Below are positions 44,604 through 53,501 of a DNA stretch of 64,000 nucleotides, in pieces (the stretch's first letter is position 1; every line of letters begins with the position of its first letter). The DNA lies in NCBI GenBank assembly GCA_035495775.1, contig DATJFG010000133.1:10178-74177 (forward strand), written 5' to 3'. This DNA comes from Verrucomicrobiia bacterium. Its GTDB lineage: Bacteria > Desulfobacterota > Binatia > UBA9968. The notes beneath the pieces were generated by a model. The model searched no databases. It saw only the letters and a list, made by a program, of their open reading frames with translations, and had not been told where the DNA came from. A program made the position numbers and the translations under genes.

Positions 44604-46412
44604 GTGAATCAATATCTAAGAAGACTGATTAGCCATCCGGTGAGCCTCGCCGGCGCGATCCTCGTCATTTTCAGCTTTCTGTCGATCGTCTCGATGCTGA
44701 TGATCGAGGCGGTCATAGGAAGACCGAATCCCTACGCCGGGCTCTTCGTTTACATGGTTTATCCCGGCCTGCTGATCTTGGGACTCGTTCTCATGCCGGT
44801 CGGCTTCTTCCTCGAACGCAAGCGCCGGGTGGTCGTCGGCGAAGCGCCGCCGTTCCCGCGTATCGATCTGAACGACGCGCGAACCCGCGCCACCTTCGTC
44901 ATTCTGGCAGGAGCGGCGTTTGTCGTCGTGGTTCTCATCTCGACGATCAGCTATCAGGCGTACCATTTTACCGAGTCGGTCTCCTTCTGCGGCGAGCTCT
45001 GTCATTCGGTCATGAATCCCGAATACACGGCGTACCAAGCCTCGCCGCACTCGCGCGTCGCCTGCGCGGATTGCCATGTCGGCCCAGGGGCGACCTGGTG
45101 GGTACGCTCGAAGCTCGCCGGCATGTACCAGATCTATTCGGTCGTGTTCAAACAATATCCGAAGCCGATCGCGACGCCGGTGCACAGCCTGCGTCCCGCG
45201 CGCGAAACCTGCGAGCAATGTCACTGGCCGGAGAAATTCTTCGGCGCTCAGATGAAGGTCATCAATCGCTTCGGCTACGACGACCGCAACACTGCGCGCC
45301 AGATTCAAATGCTCATCCGCACCGGCGGCGGCAGTCCGACGACCGGTATTACCGCCGGCATTCACTGGCACATGAACATAGCGAACGTGGTGTACTATGG
45401 CGCCGCCGACGCGCACCGGCAAAAGATTCCTTGGGTTTGGATCAAAGATCCTCAGGGCAGGGTGACGGAATATTTCGACACCAGCGCATCGCTCAAGCCT
45501 GATGAATGGAAACAGCTCGAGATCCGACGCATGGACTGCGTCGACTGCCACAATCGTCCCTCGCACATCTTCCGCGATCCGGACGCGGCGGTCGACAATG
45601 CGCTTTTCGTCGGGCTCATCGACCGGGGGCTGCCGTTTATCAAGCGCGAGGCCGTCAGGGTCTTGAGCCAGAGCTATCCCAGCCGTGAAAAGGCCCTCGA
45701 GGGAATCGCCACCATGCTCGATGCGTACTATGTCAAAGAGTTTCCGAAATTATATAAGGAGAAAAACGAGGCCGTTAAAAAAGCGATCAGCGAGACGCAA
45801 AAGATCTACGAGGTCAACTTCTTCCCCGAAATGAAAGTCGACTGGCGCACGCACCCCGACAATATCGGCCATACGCTCTATCCGGGTTGCATGCGGTGCC
45901 ACGACGGCAAGCACGTGAGCCGCGAAGGCAAGGTGATCCGCAATGAGTGCCAGCTCTGTCATACGATCATCGGTCAGGAAACTCAGGTGCGCAATCCGAC
46001 CGAAGTCCAGGCGGCGGAAAAGTTCAAGCATCCGTGGCCGCTCATGGGCAAGCACGCGCAGCTCACCTGCAACAGCTGCCATTTGCGCGGGCGCGGCTTA
46101 ACGCCCGAGTGCTCGACCTGTCATGTCCGTCCCGCCGATGCGCCAATGGCGTCGTTCCCGTGCGGACAATGTCATTTAAAGGAGCAAAGCGTTCAGCCGA
46201 CGCAGAACTGCGCGACATGCCATCCATCGCGAGCCGGACTCCATGTGAAGGCAACCCATTCGGCGGCTCCGTGCGTGACCTGTCACATCCCGCACGAATG
46301 GAAAGTGGCGAAGCGAGAGCCCTGTCTCGCCTGCCATACCGATAAAGCGGAGCATAATGCTCCTGTGGCATGCCGTGACTGTCACAGCTTCCGGCCGGCC
46401 GCCAAGACATGA
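44604..46412 (+). CDS. inner-membrane multiheme cytochrome c (13 CxxCH), NapC/NirT/ImcH-like N-terminus
   Basis: Three N-terminal TM helices, then CGELCH...CADCH and 11 more CxxCH; GTG start with AAGGAAGGA RBS. Confidence 0.75.
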   Translation: MNQYLRRLISHPVSLAGAILVIFSFLSIVSMLMIEAVIGRPNPYAGLFVYMVYPGLLILGLVLMPVGFFLERKRRVVVGEAPPFPRIDLNDARTRATFVILAGAAFVVVVLISTISYQAYHFTESVSFCGELCHSVMNPEYTAYQASPHSRVACADCHVGPGATWWVRSKLAGMYQIYSVVFKQYPKPIATPVHSLRPARETCEQCHWPEKFFGAQMKVINRFGYDDRNTARQIQMLIRTGGGSPTTGITAGIHWHMNIANVVYYGAADAHRQKIPWVWIKDPQGRVTEYFDTSASLKPDEWKQLEIRRMDCVDCHNRPSHIFRDPDAAVDNALFVGLIDRGLPFIKREAVRVLSQSYPSREKALEGIATMLDAYYVKEFPKLYKEKNEAVKKAISETQKIYEVNFFPEMKVDWRTHPDNIGHTLYPGCMRCHDGKHVSREGKVIRNECQLCHTIIGQETQVRNPTEVQAAEKFKHPWPLMGKHAQLTCNSCHLRGRGLTPECSTCHVRPADAPMASFPCGQCHLKEQSVQPTQNCATCHPSRAGLHVKATHSAAPCVTCHIPHEWKVAKREPCLACHTDKAEHNAPVACRDCHSFRPAAKT

Positions 46413-46443
46413 AAGGGGGGCGAAAAAATGTAAAATTGAAGTG

Positions 46444-46481
46444 TTGACACCGGTTGTGCGTCTAATTATTGGGTTTATAAA
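46444..46481 (+). promoter_or_regulatory. possible sigma70-type promoter (TTGACA / TTGTGC ... TATAAA) upstream of monoheme cytochrome gene
   Basis: TTGACA at 46444 and TATAAA at 46476; spacing ambiguous. Confidence 0.25.
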
Positions 46482-46494
46482 CGGAGGTGAAACC

Positions 46495-46845
46495 ATGCAT
46501 ATTTTTAGTGCGAAAGCGGCGGCGGCCACTTTGGCCCTGGCATTTGCGGTTTCTTTGACGTGGGTTTCGACGGCGGGCGCCGGCGAAGCCAAAGCTGGGA
46601 AAGCCCAGTACGATAAGCTCTGTACTTCATGTCACGGCGCCGACGGCAAGGGAAACCCGGCGATGGCGAAGTCGATGGGAGAAAAGGGGTTGAACCTTAC
46701 GACCAAAGAAGTCAAAGACGCCAAAGACGAAGAACTCATAAAAGTCATTACCGAAGGCAAGGGCAAAATGCCGGCATCGGGCAAGAGCCTGAGCAAGTCG
46801 GAGCAGAAGGAAGTTGTCGAGTACGTACGGTCGTTGGGAAAGTAA
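46495..46845 (+). CDS. monoheme class I cytochrome c (paralog of 37066-37389)
   Basis: Signal peptide, CTSCHG, KVITEGKGKMPA block shared with the 37066 gene; RBS GGAGGTG. Confidence 0.8.
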   Translation: MHIFSAKAAAATLALAFAVSLTWVSTAGAGEAKAGKAQYDKLCTSCHGADGKGNPAMAKSMGEKGLNLTTKEVKDAKDEELIKVITEGKGKMPASGKSLSKSEQKEVVEYVRSLGK

Positions 46846-46882
46846 AAACGGCAGTTCGTCCGTATTCGTGCGTGATTTCCGG

Positions 46883-46918
46883 GGCAAGCACCGCTGCAGT
46901 TTGATTGCGGTGCCTGCC
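46883..46918 (+). terminator. stem-loop after cytochrome operon (11/12-bp GC-rich stem, 12-nt loop), no clear U-tract
   Basis: GGCAAGCACCGC tgcagtttgatt GCGGTGCCTGCC. Confidence 0.3.
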
Positions 46919-47049
46919 CCAATCCCACTCAGCCGAATCCTCAGCTCAAAAACGCGTCTCTAGATTCCGATCAAGTTGTTGACAACCCCCGCGCCTTAGC
47001 TTTAGGCTCACTTTCGTTCGTGATCGTTTTCCTTGCGGCTGAGACAACA

Positions 47050-48393
47050 ATGTCGCGCAAAATTCTCATTGTCGACGACGAGCCCTTCAATTTGGACGTT
47101 CTCGAGCAGGAGCTCGGCGACCGCGGTTATTCGATCGAAAGGGCGGCCGATGGCGCCGCCGCGCTCGCTCAAACGGAATCGCTTCGTCCCGACCTCATTC
47201 TTCTCGATTATCAGATGCCAGACATGAACGGCATCGAAGTCATGAAAGAGCTTAGGAGTCGCGGCAACGAAGCGCCGGTAATCATGCTCACCGCGTATGG
47301 AACGATCGAGCGGGCGGTTCTGGCGATGAAGGGAGGCGCCTACGATTTCGTCACCAAGCCGTTTGATCCCGATCATTTGCTCCTCGTCGTCGAAAAGGCC
47401 CTGGAGCGGGAGACACTGAGGACGGAGATCGGAATTCTTTCCGACGAAGTCGGCGAGCGGCACCACCTCGTCGTCGGTAAGAGCAAGAAAATGACGGAGA
47501 TCGCGGACGCTGCGAAACAGGCCGCGTCAAGCAAAGCCACGATCCTGCTCCTCGGCGAGAGCGGCACCGGAAAGGAGATCTTCGCGCGGGCCATCCATCA
47601 TTGGAGCGAGCGAAAAGATAAATCTTTCGTGGCGATTAATTGTGTCGGCCTCTCCAAGGAACTGCTGGAAAGCGAGCTGTTCGGTCACGAGAAGGGGGCT
47701 TTTACGGGCGCGCATCAGCTGAAGAAGGGAAAAATGGAGCTGGCCGACGGCGGCACCGTTTTTCTCGACGAGGTCGGCGACATTACCCCCGAGCTTCAGA
47801 CCAAACTCCTCCGCTTTCTTCAGGAGCGGGAGTTCGAGCGTGTCGGAGGCGGCCGCTCGATATCCGTCGACGTGCGGATCATCGCGGCCACCAACCGGAA
47901 CCTCGAAGAGGATGTGAGGCAGGGCCGCTTCCGCGAAGATCTCTATCATCGTCTCAACGTCGTGCCGCTCGTCTTGCCGCCGCTCCGTGAACGAAAGGAA
48001 GACATTCCGGAGCTCGCCAACTATTTTCTTCACCGCTTTGCCAGAGAGACCAAGAAAAAGTTCGACGCCGTCACTGACGAAGCGTTGGCGTGTCTCTGCG
48101 CGTATTCGTGGTCGGGCAATGTCCGCGAACTTGCGAACGTGATCGAGCGGGGCGTCGTCCTCGGTCGGGGCTCTCGGTTAGATGTTGCCGATCTCCCCGC
48201 GCGGATCACTGGCGCCTTGTCGCCCCCGCCGCAATCCAGCGCCTCTTACCATGAAGCGATCGACGCCGCGCGGCGCGAGCTGGTCCAAAGGGCGCTCGTC
48301 CGAGCCCAAGGCAACCGCACCGAGGCGGCGAAGCTACTTGGTATGCATAAGACCCACCTATTCCGATTAATAAAAGCGCTCGGCATCGAGTGA
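47050..48393 (+). CDS. NtrC-family sigma54-dependent response regulator (REC + AAA+ + HTH)
   Basis: REC domain with DD...D...K residues, GESGTGKE Walker A, GAFTGA motif, C-terminal Fis-like HTH; 447 aa. Confidence 0.9.
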   Translation: MSRKILIVDDEPFNLDVLEQELGDRGYSIERAADGAAALAQTESLRPDLILLDYQMPDMNGIEVMKELRSRGNEAPVIMLTAYGTIERAVLAMKGGAYDFVTKPFDPDHLLLVVEKALERETLRTEIGILSDEVGERHHLVVGKSKKMTEIADAAKQAASSKATILLLGESGTGKEIFARAIHHWSERKDKSFVAINCVGLSKELLESELFGHEKGAFTGAHQLKKGKMELADGGTVFLDEVGDITPELQTKLLRFLQEREFERVGGGRSISVDVRIIAATNRNLEEDVRQGRFREDLYHRLNVVPLVLPPLRERKEDIPELANYFLHRFARETKKKFDAVTDEALACLCAYSWSGNVRELANVIERGVVLGRGSRLDVADLPARITGALSPPPQSSASYHEAIDAARRELVQRALVRAQGNRTEAAKLLGMHKTHLFRLIKALGIE

Positions 48394-48523
48394 AGCATTT
48401 CCGCTACGCCCAGTAGCTAAGCCGCTACCACGGCACGAGCACTGGCCTCGGCCGGCATCGACACCCTTCAAGAATCCGCCGTTATTTTCATGACTTGACT
48501 TAGGTCAACCGCTCGCGTCATTG

Positions 48524-48539
48524 TGGCACGGCCATTGCG
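48524..48539 (+). promoter_or_regulatory. sigma54 promoter TGGCAC-ggcca-TTGCG
   Basis: Perfect -24/-12 consensus; 100 nt upstream of the SBP/sensor-kinase cluster; palindrome TTGACTTAGGTCAA 18 nt upstream. Confidence 0.6.
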
Positions 48540-48641
48540 CCAGATTGGGGTAGAGAAAACGTATCTTTGCAGTAACCTTGATGATCATGGGGATAAATCT
48601 GCTCCGCCTACATGGTCTGAGGACGGTGAGGATGAGGGAAG

Positions 48642-49623
48642 ATGAATAGAAAAATTATCTTTGCCGTGCTCGCGGTTTTTCTCGTAGCGCATTGTGCTCC
48701 GGCGCAGGCGCAGCCGGCGGGGAAAATCCCACGCATCGGATTTCAGCTCGATGCTCCTGACTCCGTAACTTCTGGCCGCATCGATGGATTCCGGCAAGGT
48801 CTCCGCGAGCTTGGCTATGTCGAGGGCAAGAACATCTTCATCGAGTGGCGCTCCGCCGAAGGCAATTCCGAGCGCCGCGGCGACATCGCCGCCGAGCTGG
48901 CACGCCTGAAGCTTGACGTCATCGTCTCCGCCGGGCCGATCGTGACTCGTGCTCTCAAAGAAGCGACTTCCTCGGTGCCGATCGTCATGGGTCAGGATAC
49001 CGATCCCGTCGGCAGCGGCTTCGTCGCCAGTTTGGCGAAACCCGGCGGAAACATCACGGGATTATCGGCGCTGGCGCCGGAGATGAGCGGCAAACAGCTC
49101 GCGCTGATGAAAGAAATCGTTCCCAGGCTCTCGGACATAGCGATCATCGGCAATTCGACCATCCCCGGCGACGCGGAAACGCTGAGAGAGACCGTGCTCG
49201 CCGCGGGATCGTTCGAGGTCTACTTGCGCTATCTCGACGTTCTCGACCCCAAGGAGGTCGGGGCCGCGTTCCAAGCCGCGGCGAAAGGGCGCGCCGACGC
49301 GCTGCTCGTGTTAGGGAACCCGATCCTCAACTCCCAGCGCAAGCAGGTCGTCGAGCTCGCGGCAAAGCATCGCCTGCCGGCGTCGTACGGCCGGCCGGAA
49401 TACGTCGAGGCTGGCGGGCTATGTATTACGGCACGAACTACAACGACTTGTTCCGCCGCGCCGCTTACTACGTCGATAAGATTCTCAAAGGCGCCAAGCC
49501 TGGCGACCTTCCCGTCGAGCAGCCGACCAAGTTCGAGCTCGTGATCAATTTGAAAGCGGCCAAGCAGATCGGCTTACGATTCCGCCGCGGGTGCTGGCGA
49601 CGGCGGACAAGGTGATCAAATGA
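48642..49623 (+). pseudogene. PF04392 (ABC_sub_bind) family substrate-binding protein gene disrupted by two single-base deletions
   Basis: Frame 1 loses homology after ...EAGGL near 49420. The conserved C-terminus [50 protein letters not shown] continues in frame +1 (49421-49570). The final [16 protein letters not shown] requires a second 1-nt shift at ~49575 (ttacg vs ttaacg). Confidence 0.55.
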
Positions 49624-50621
49624 TCATAGATAAAGCCGGGTTCACAACTCGGCATGTAAAATGGATGGGTTTTCTGGTTGTCATCTTGCTAGGCTCGGCG
49701 GGGCCGGCCGCGGCGCAGCAAGCCAAGCCAGCTCGGATCGGAGTCTTGCTCCAGGGCGGTGCCTGGTACGACGCGATCGATGGGCTGCGCCAGGGACTTA
49801 GAGAGCTAGGGTATGAAGAAGGCAAGCAATTCGCGCTCGACATTCGTGACGCGAAAGGCGACCTTAACGCGGTCGAGAAAGAAGCGGCAGCCCTCGAACG
49901 CGAGAAAGTCAAGCTCCTATACGCCGTCGCCTCCTCGGTGGTGACCGCAGCGAAGGAAGCGACGAAGGAAGTCCCGATCGTCTTCAACGTCGGCAGCGAT
50001 CCCGTCGCGGGCAAGCTTGTGGAGAGCTTCGTCAAGCCAGGAGGTAGGCTCACGGGAGTACATTTTCTCGTGAAAGATCTGACCGGCAAGCGTTTGGAGA
50101 TTTTGAAGGAGTTTTTGCCCAAGCTCCGCAGCGTGCTGGTTATCTACAATCCGGCGAATCCGGTCGCCAAAGAGTCGGCGCAGCTGGCTCAGGCCGAAGC
50201 GAAGCGTCTCGGCCTTAAAATCGCCGAGCGGCACGTGGCTTCGGTCGAGGAGATCCGTGCCGCGCTGCGCGACATGAAGGCGGGTGAAGCCGATGCTTTC
50301 TTCTACCTGCCCGACGCCATGGTCGGGAGCCAGTCCCAGGCGATCATCGATAGCGCGAAAGCCAAAAAGCTCCCGACGATGTTCCAGGAGCGCGGCCTCG
50401 TCGTGAAGGGCGGCTTCGCGAGCTATGGCCAGAACTATTACGGACTGGGCCGGCTATCGGCAAAGTACGTCCAGAAAATTCTCAACGGCGCATCGCCCAG
50501 GGAGCTCAGGATCGAGACCGCCGATGATGTCGAGCTCGCGGTCAACCTTAAAACCGCCAAGGCTATCGGCGTGACGATTCCTCCTAACGTGCTGGCAAGG
50601 GCGGATAAGGTGATCAAGTGA
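49620..50621 (+). CDS. PF04392 (ABC_sub_bind) family periplasmic substrate-binding protein, intact paralog
   Basis: Signal peptide; conserved C-terminal SYGQNYYGLGRLSAKYVQKILNGASPRELRIE...NLKTAKAIGVTIPPNVLARADKVIK. Confidence 0.8.
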   Translation: MIIDKAGFTTRHVKWMGFLVVILLGSAGPAAAQQAKPARIGVLLQGGAWYDAIDGLRQGLRELGYEEGKQFALDIRDAKGDLNAVEKEAAALEREKVKLLYAVASSVVTAAKEATKEVPIVFNVGSDPVAGKLVESFVKPGGRLTGVHFLVKDLTGKRLEILKEFLPKLRSVLVIYNPANPVAKESAQLAQAEAKRLGLKIAERHVASVEEIRAALRDMKAGEADAFFYLPDAMVGSQSQAIIDSAKAKKLPTMFQERGLVVKGGFASYGQNYYGLGRLSAKYVQKILNGASPRELRIETADDVELAVNLKTAKAIGVTIPPNVLARADKVIK

Positions 50622-50693
50622 CTTCATCATTCAAGTGCGGAGTCCCTGCGTAGAATGCGCCGGGTGAAATGTTGATTTCGGTAGAGTAAGATC

Positions 50694-53129
50694 ATGACCC
50701 TCATGCAAAGGCTCGCTGGCTTCTCTCCGTTTCGGCTTTTCCGCACGCGGCCACGAGGACGCCTGGCACGGGACTACTTTCTGATCTCCGTCGTGCTCGT
50801 CGGCGGCGGCTTGATTTCAAGCGGTCTCGTCGAAATTTACTTCCGTTACCAAGAGAGCCGCGAGCAGCTGGCGATTTATCAGCGCGAAGTCGCGACGAGC
50901 GCGGCGTTTAAGATCGAGCGTTTCGTTCAGGAAATTCACAACACGCTGAAGGGCGCGACCCGGAGCAGAGAGATCGCGCCGAAGGGTCTGACGGCGGATT
51001 TCCGCTTCGAGCTGGAAAAGCTCCTTTTAATCGCTCCAGCCGTCACCGAGGCGGTCGCCTTGGATGAAAAAGGCGTCATTCGGGTTCAGGCCTCGCGTCT
51101 TCGAACAGTCTTGCCTGAGGCGAAGAAGGACCTCTCGGACACTCCATCGTTCCAGCGCGCCAGAGAGGGCAAATCGTATTTCGGTCCGGTTCATTTCGTG
51201 CGCGGCTCCGAACCTTATATGACGATCGCCGTGCCCATCGAGCGCTTCGCCGGCGATGTGATCGGAGTCCTCGCGGCGGAGGTCAACCTTAAATACATCG
51301 GCGACGTCGTCTCGAACATCACCGTGGGTAAAGCCGGTTATGCGTACGCCGTCACCCGCGCCGGCGAGTTGATCGCTCATCCCGATATCAGCCTCGTCCT
51401 GCAACGGCGGAATGTGGCGGCGCTCGATCAGGTCAAGGCGGCGTTCAGAAGCGACGCGCTTAACAAGCCGAACGCGATCGTCACAAGCAATCTAAAAGGG
51501 GAAAAAGTCTTCAGCTCGTTCGCTCTTATCCCGACGCTCGACTGGGCCGTTATCCTCGAGCGGCCGATCAAAGAGGCTTACGAGTCGATCTACGCTTCGA
51601 TGATGCGAACTTCCACGCTGCTCTTGATCGGCCTCGGGATGGCGCTGCTCGCGAGCTATTTCGTCTCGCGGCGCGTCATCCAGCCGATCGGCACGCTGCG
51701 CGAGGGCGTCGAGCGGATCGGCAGCGGCGACTTGAGTCATCGCCTCGAAGTCAAGACCGGTGATGAGATTGAAGCCCTCGCCGAAGAGTTCAACAAGATG
51801 ACCCAGCGGCTCCAGGAATCGTACGCGGGCTTGGAGCAAAAGGTCGAGGAGCGTACCAGGGAGCTCACCGAATCTCTTGCGCAGCAGACCGCGACCGGCA
51901 AAGTGCTGAGCGTCATAGCGAGCTCGCCCACGGACCTACAGCCCGTCTTGGAAACCGTCATTGAAAACGCGGTCCGTCTCGCCGGCGCGAACCAAGGGCA
52001 TATCCGGCAATTTGACGGCGAGCGGCTTCAGATGGTCGCGAGCTATGGTGAAACACCGGAGGAAATCGACATCCTGAAAGCCGCCGCGATCAGGCCGGAT
52101 GAGGCGGAGCCTGGTTCATTGCGTGCCATCGCCTTCCTCGAGAAAAAAATCGTCCATATTACTGACGTTCTCGCGCAGTCTTACCGCTCGCCGCAGGCGA
52201 TTTTGACCGGCGCCAGGACGCTGCTCGGTGTGCCGCTGCTGCGCGAAGGGACGCCCATCGGAGTCATCACAATCTGGCGTACCTTCGTCGAGCCGTTCAC
52301 TGAACGGCAGATCGAGTTGGTCAAAACCTTCGCCGACCAGGCGGTGATCGCGATCGAGAACGTGCGGCTGTTCCGGGAGATCCAGGAGAAGAATCAGCAG
52401 CTCGAAACCGCCAGCCGCCACAAGTCACAGTTCCTCGCCAACATGAGCCACGAACTGCGCACGCCGCTGAACGCGATCATCGGCTTTACGCGGCTCGTGC
52501 TGAGGAAGACCGAAGGACATATTGCGCCGCTCCAGAAAGAAAACCTGCAAAAGGTGCTCGTGAGCTCCGAGCACCTGCTCAACCTCATCAACGGTGTGCT
52601 CGATCTCTCCAAGGTTGAGGCGGGGCGGATGGAAGTGTTCGCCGAGACCTTCAAGCTCGACGAGGTGGTGCGCATCGCGGTGTCGACGGTCGAGCCGATG
52701 CTGAAAGACGGCCGAGTGCGGCTGGTGACGGAGATCGCGCCGGAGATGCCGCAGCTCCACACCGACAGAGACAAGCTCAAACAGTCGCTGCTTAATCTTC
52801 TCAGCAATGCGGCCAAGTTTACCGAAAAGGGTCAGATCAAAGTGTCGGCGTGGCCGGAAAACGGCTCACTCAAGCTCGTGGTCTCCGACACCGGCATCGG
52901 CATGACGCCCGAAGCGCTCAAAGTTATTTTCGACGAGTTCCGCCAGGCCGACATGTCGACGACGCGCAAATACGGCGGCACGGGCCTCGGCCTCGCGCTC
53001 GTCAAAAAATTCGTCGAGCTCATGGGCGGCGCGATCGCCGCGGAGAGCGAGGCCGGCAAAGGCTCGAAATTCACCGTGACGCTGCCGATCGACTATAGGC
53101 CGCAGCCCGGAGGGACGAATGGAGCGTAA
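50694..53129 (+). CDS. sensor histidine kinase: periplasmic Cache-like domain, HAMP, GAF, HisKA, HATPase_c
   Basis: Two TM helices flanking ~240-aa periplasmic domain; HAMP; GAF region; H-box SHELRTPLNAI; N/G1/G2 boxes (NLLSNAAKF, DTGIGM, GGTGLGL). Confidence 0.85.
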   Translation: MTLMQRLAGFSPFRLFRTRPRGRLARDYFLISVVLVGGGLISSGLVEIYFRYQESREQLAIYQREVATSAAFKIERFVQEIHNTLKGATRSREIAPKGLTADFRFELEKLLLIAPAVTEAVALDEKGVIRVQASRLRTVLPEAKKDLSDTPSFQRAREGKSYFGPVHFVRGSEPYMTIAVPIERFAGDVIGVLAAEVNLKYIGDVVSNITVGKAGYAYAVTRAGELIAHPDISLVLQRRNVAALDQVKAAFRSDALNKPNAIVTSNLKGEKVFSSFALIPTLDWAVILERPIKEAYESIYASMMRTSTLLLIGLGMALLASYFVSRRVIQPIGTLREGVERIGSGDLSHRLEVKTGDEIEALAEEFNKMTQRLQESYAGLEQKVEERTRELTESLAQQTATGKVLSVIASSPTDLQPVLETVIENAVRLAGANQGHIRQFDGERLQMVASYGETPEEIDILKAAAIRPDEAEPGSLRAIAFLEKKIVHITDVLAQSYRSPQAILTGARTLLGVPLLREGTPIGVITIWRTFVEPFTERQIELVKTFADQAVIAIENVRLFREIQEKNQQLETASRHKSQFLANMSHELRTPLNAIIGFTRLVLRKTEGHIAPLQKENLQKVLVSSEHLLNLINGVLDLSKVEAGRMEVFAETFKLDEVVRIAVSTVEPMLKDGRVRLVTEIAPEMPQLHTDRDKLKQSLLNLLSNAAKFTEKGQIKVSAWPENGSLKLVVSDTGIGMTPEALKVIFDEFRQADMSTTRKYGGTGLGLALVKKFVELMGGAIAAESEAGKGSKFTVTLPIDYRPQPGGTNGA

Positions 53130-53484
53130 AAAGATTCTCATCGTCGATGACACCGACTGGAACCGCGATCTCCTCGTCCAGCTCCTGGAAGACGATTATG
53201 ACATCGTGCAGGCGGTTGACGGAGCGGAAGCCGTAAGGCGAGCGGGAGATGAACGCCCCGACTTAATCTTGATGGACCTCGGCATGCCCGTGATGGACGG
53301 CTGGGAGGCGACGCGGAAGATTAAGGCGAAGGCGGAACTGAAGGACATCCCCGTGATCGCCGTCACCTCGCACGCGATGGTGGGCGACGAGATCACTGCA
53401 CGCGAGGCTGGCTGTGACGATTATATCGCTAAGCCGGTGGATGAGACCGTGCTTCTGGAAAAAATTAAAAGACTGCTTTCGTGA
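53119..53484 (+). CDS. single-domain response regulator (CheY-like receiver)
   Basis: DD, phospho-acceptor D in LILMDLGMP, T and K residues; 121 aa. Confidence 0.85.
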   Translation: MERKKILIVDDTDWNRDLLVQLLEDDYDIVQAVDGAEAVRRAGDERPDLILMDLGMPVMDGWEATRKIKAKAELKDIPVIAVTSHAMVGDEITAREAGCDDYIAKPVDETVLLEKIKRLLS

Positions 53485-53501
53485 AACCAAGGAAAGCAAA
53501 C

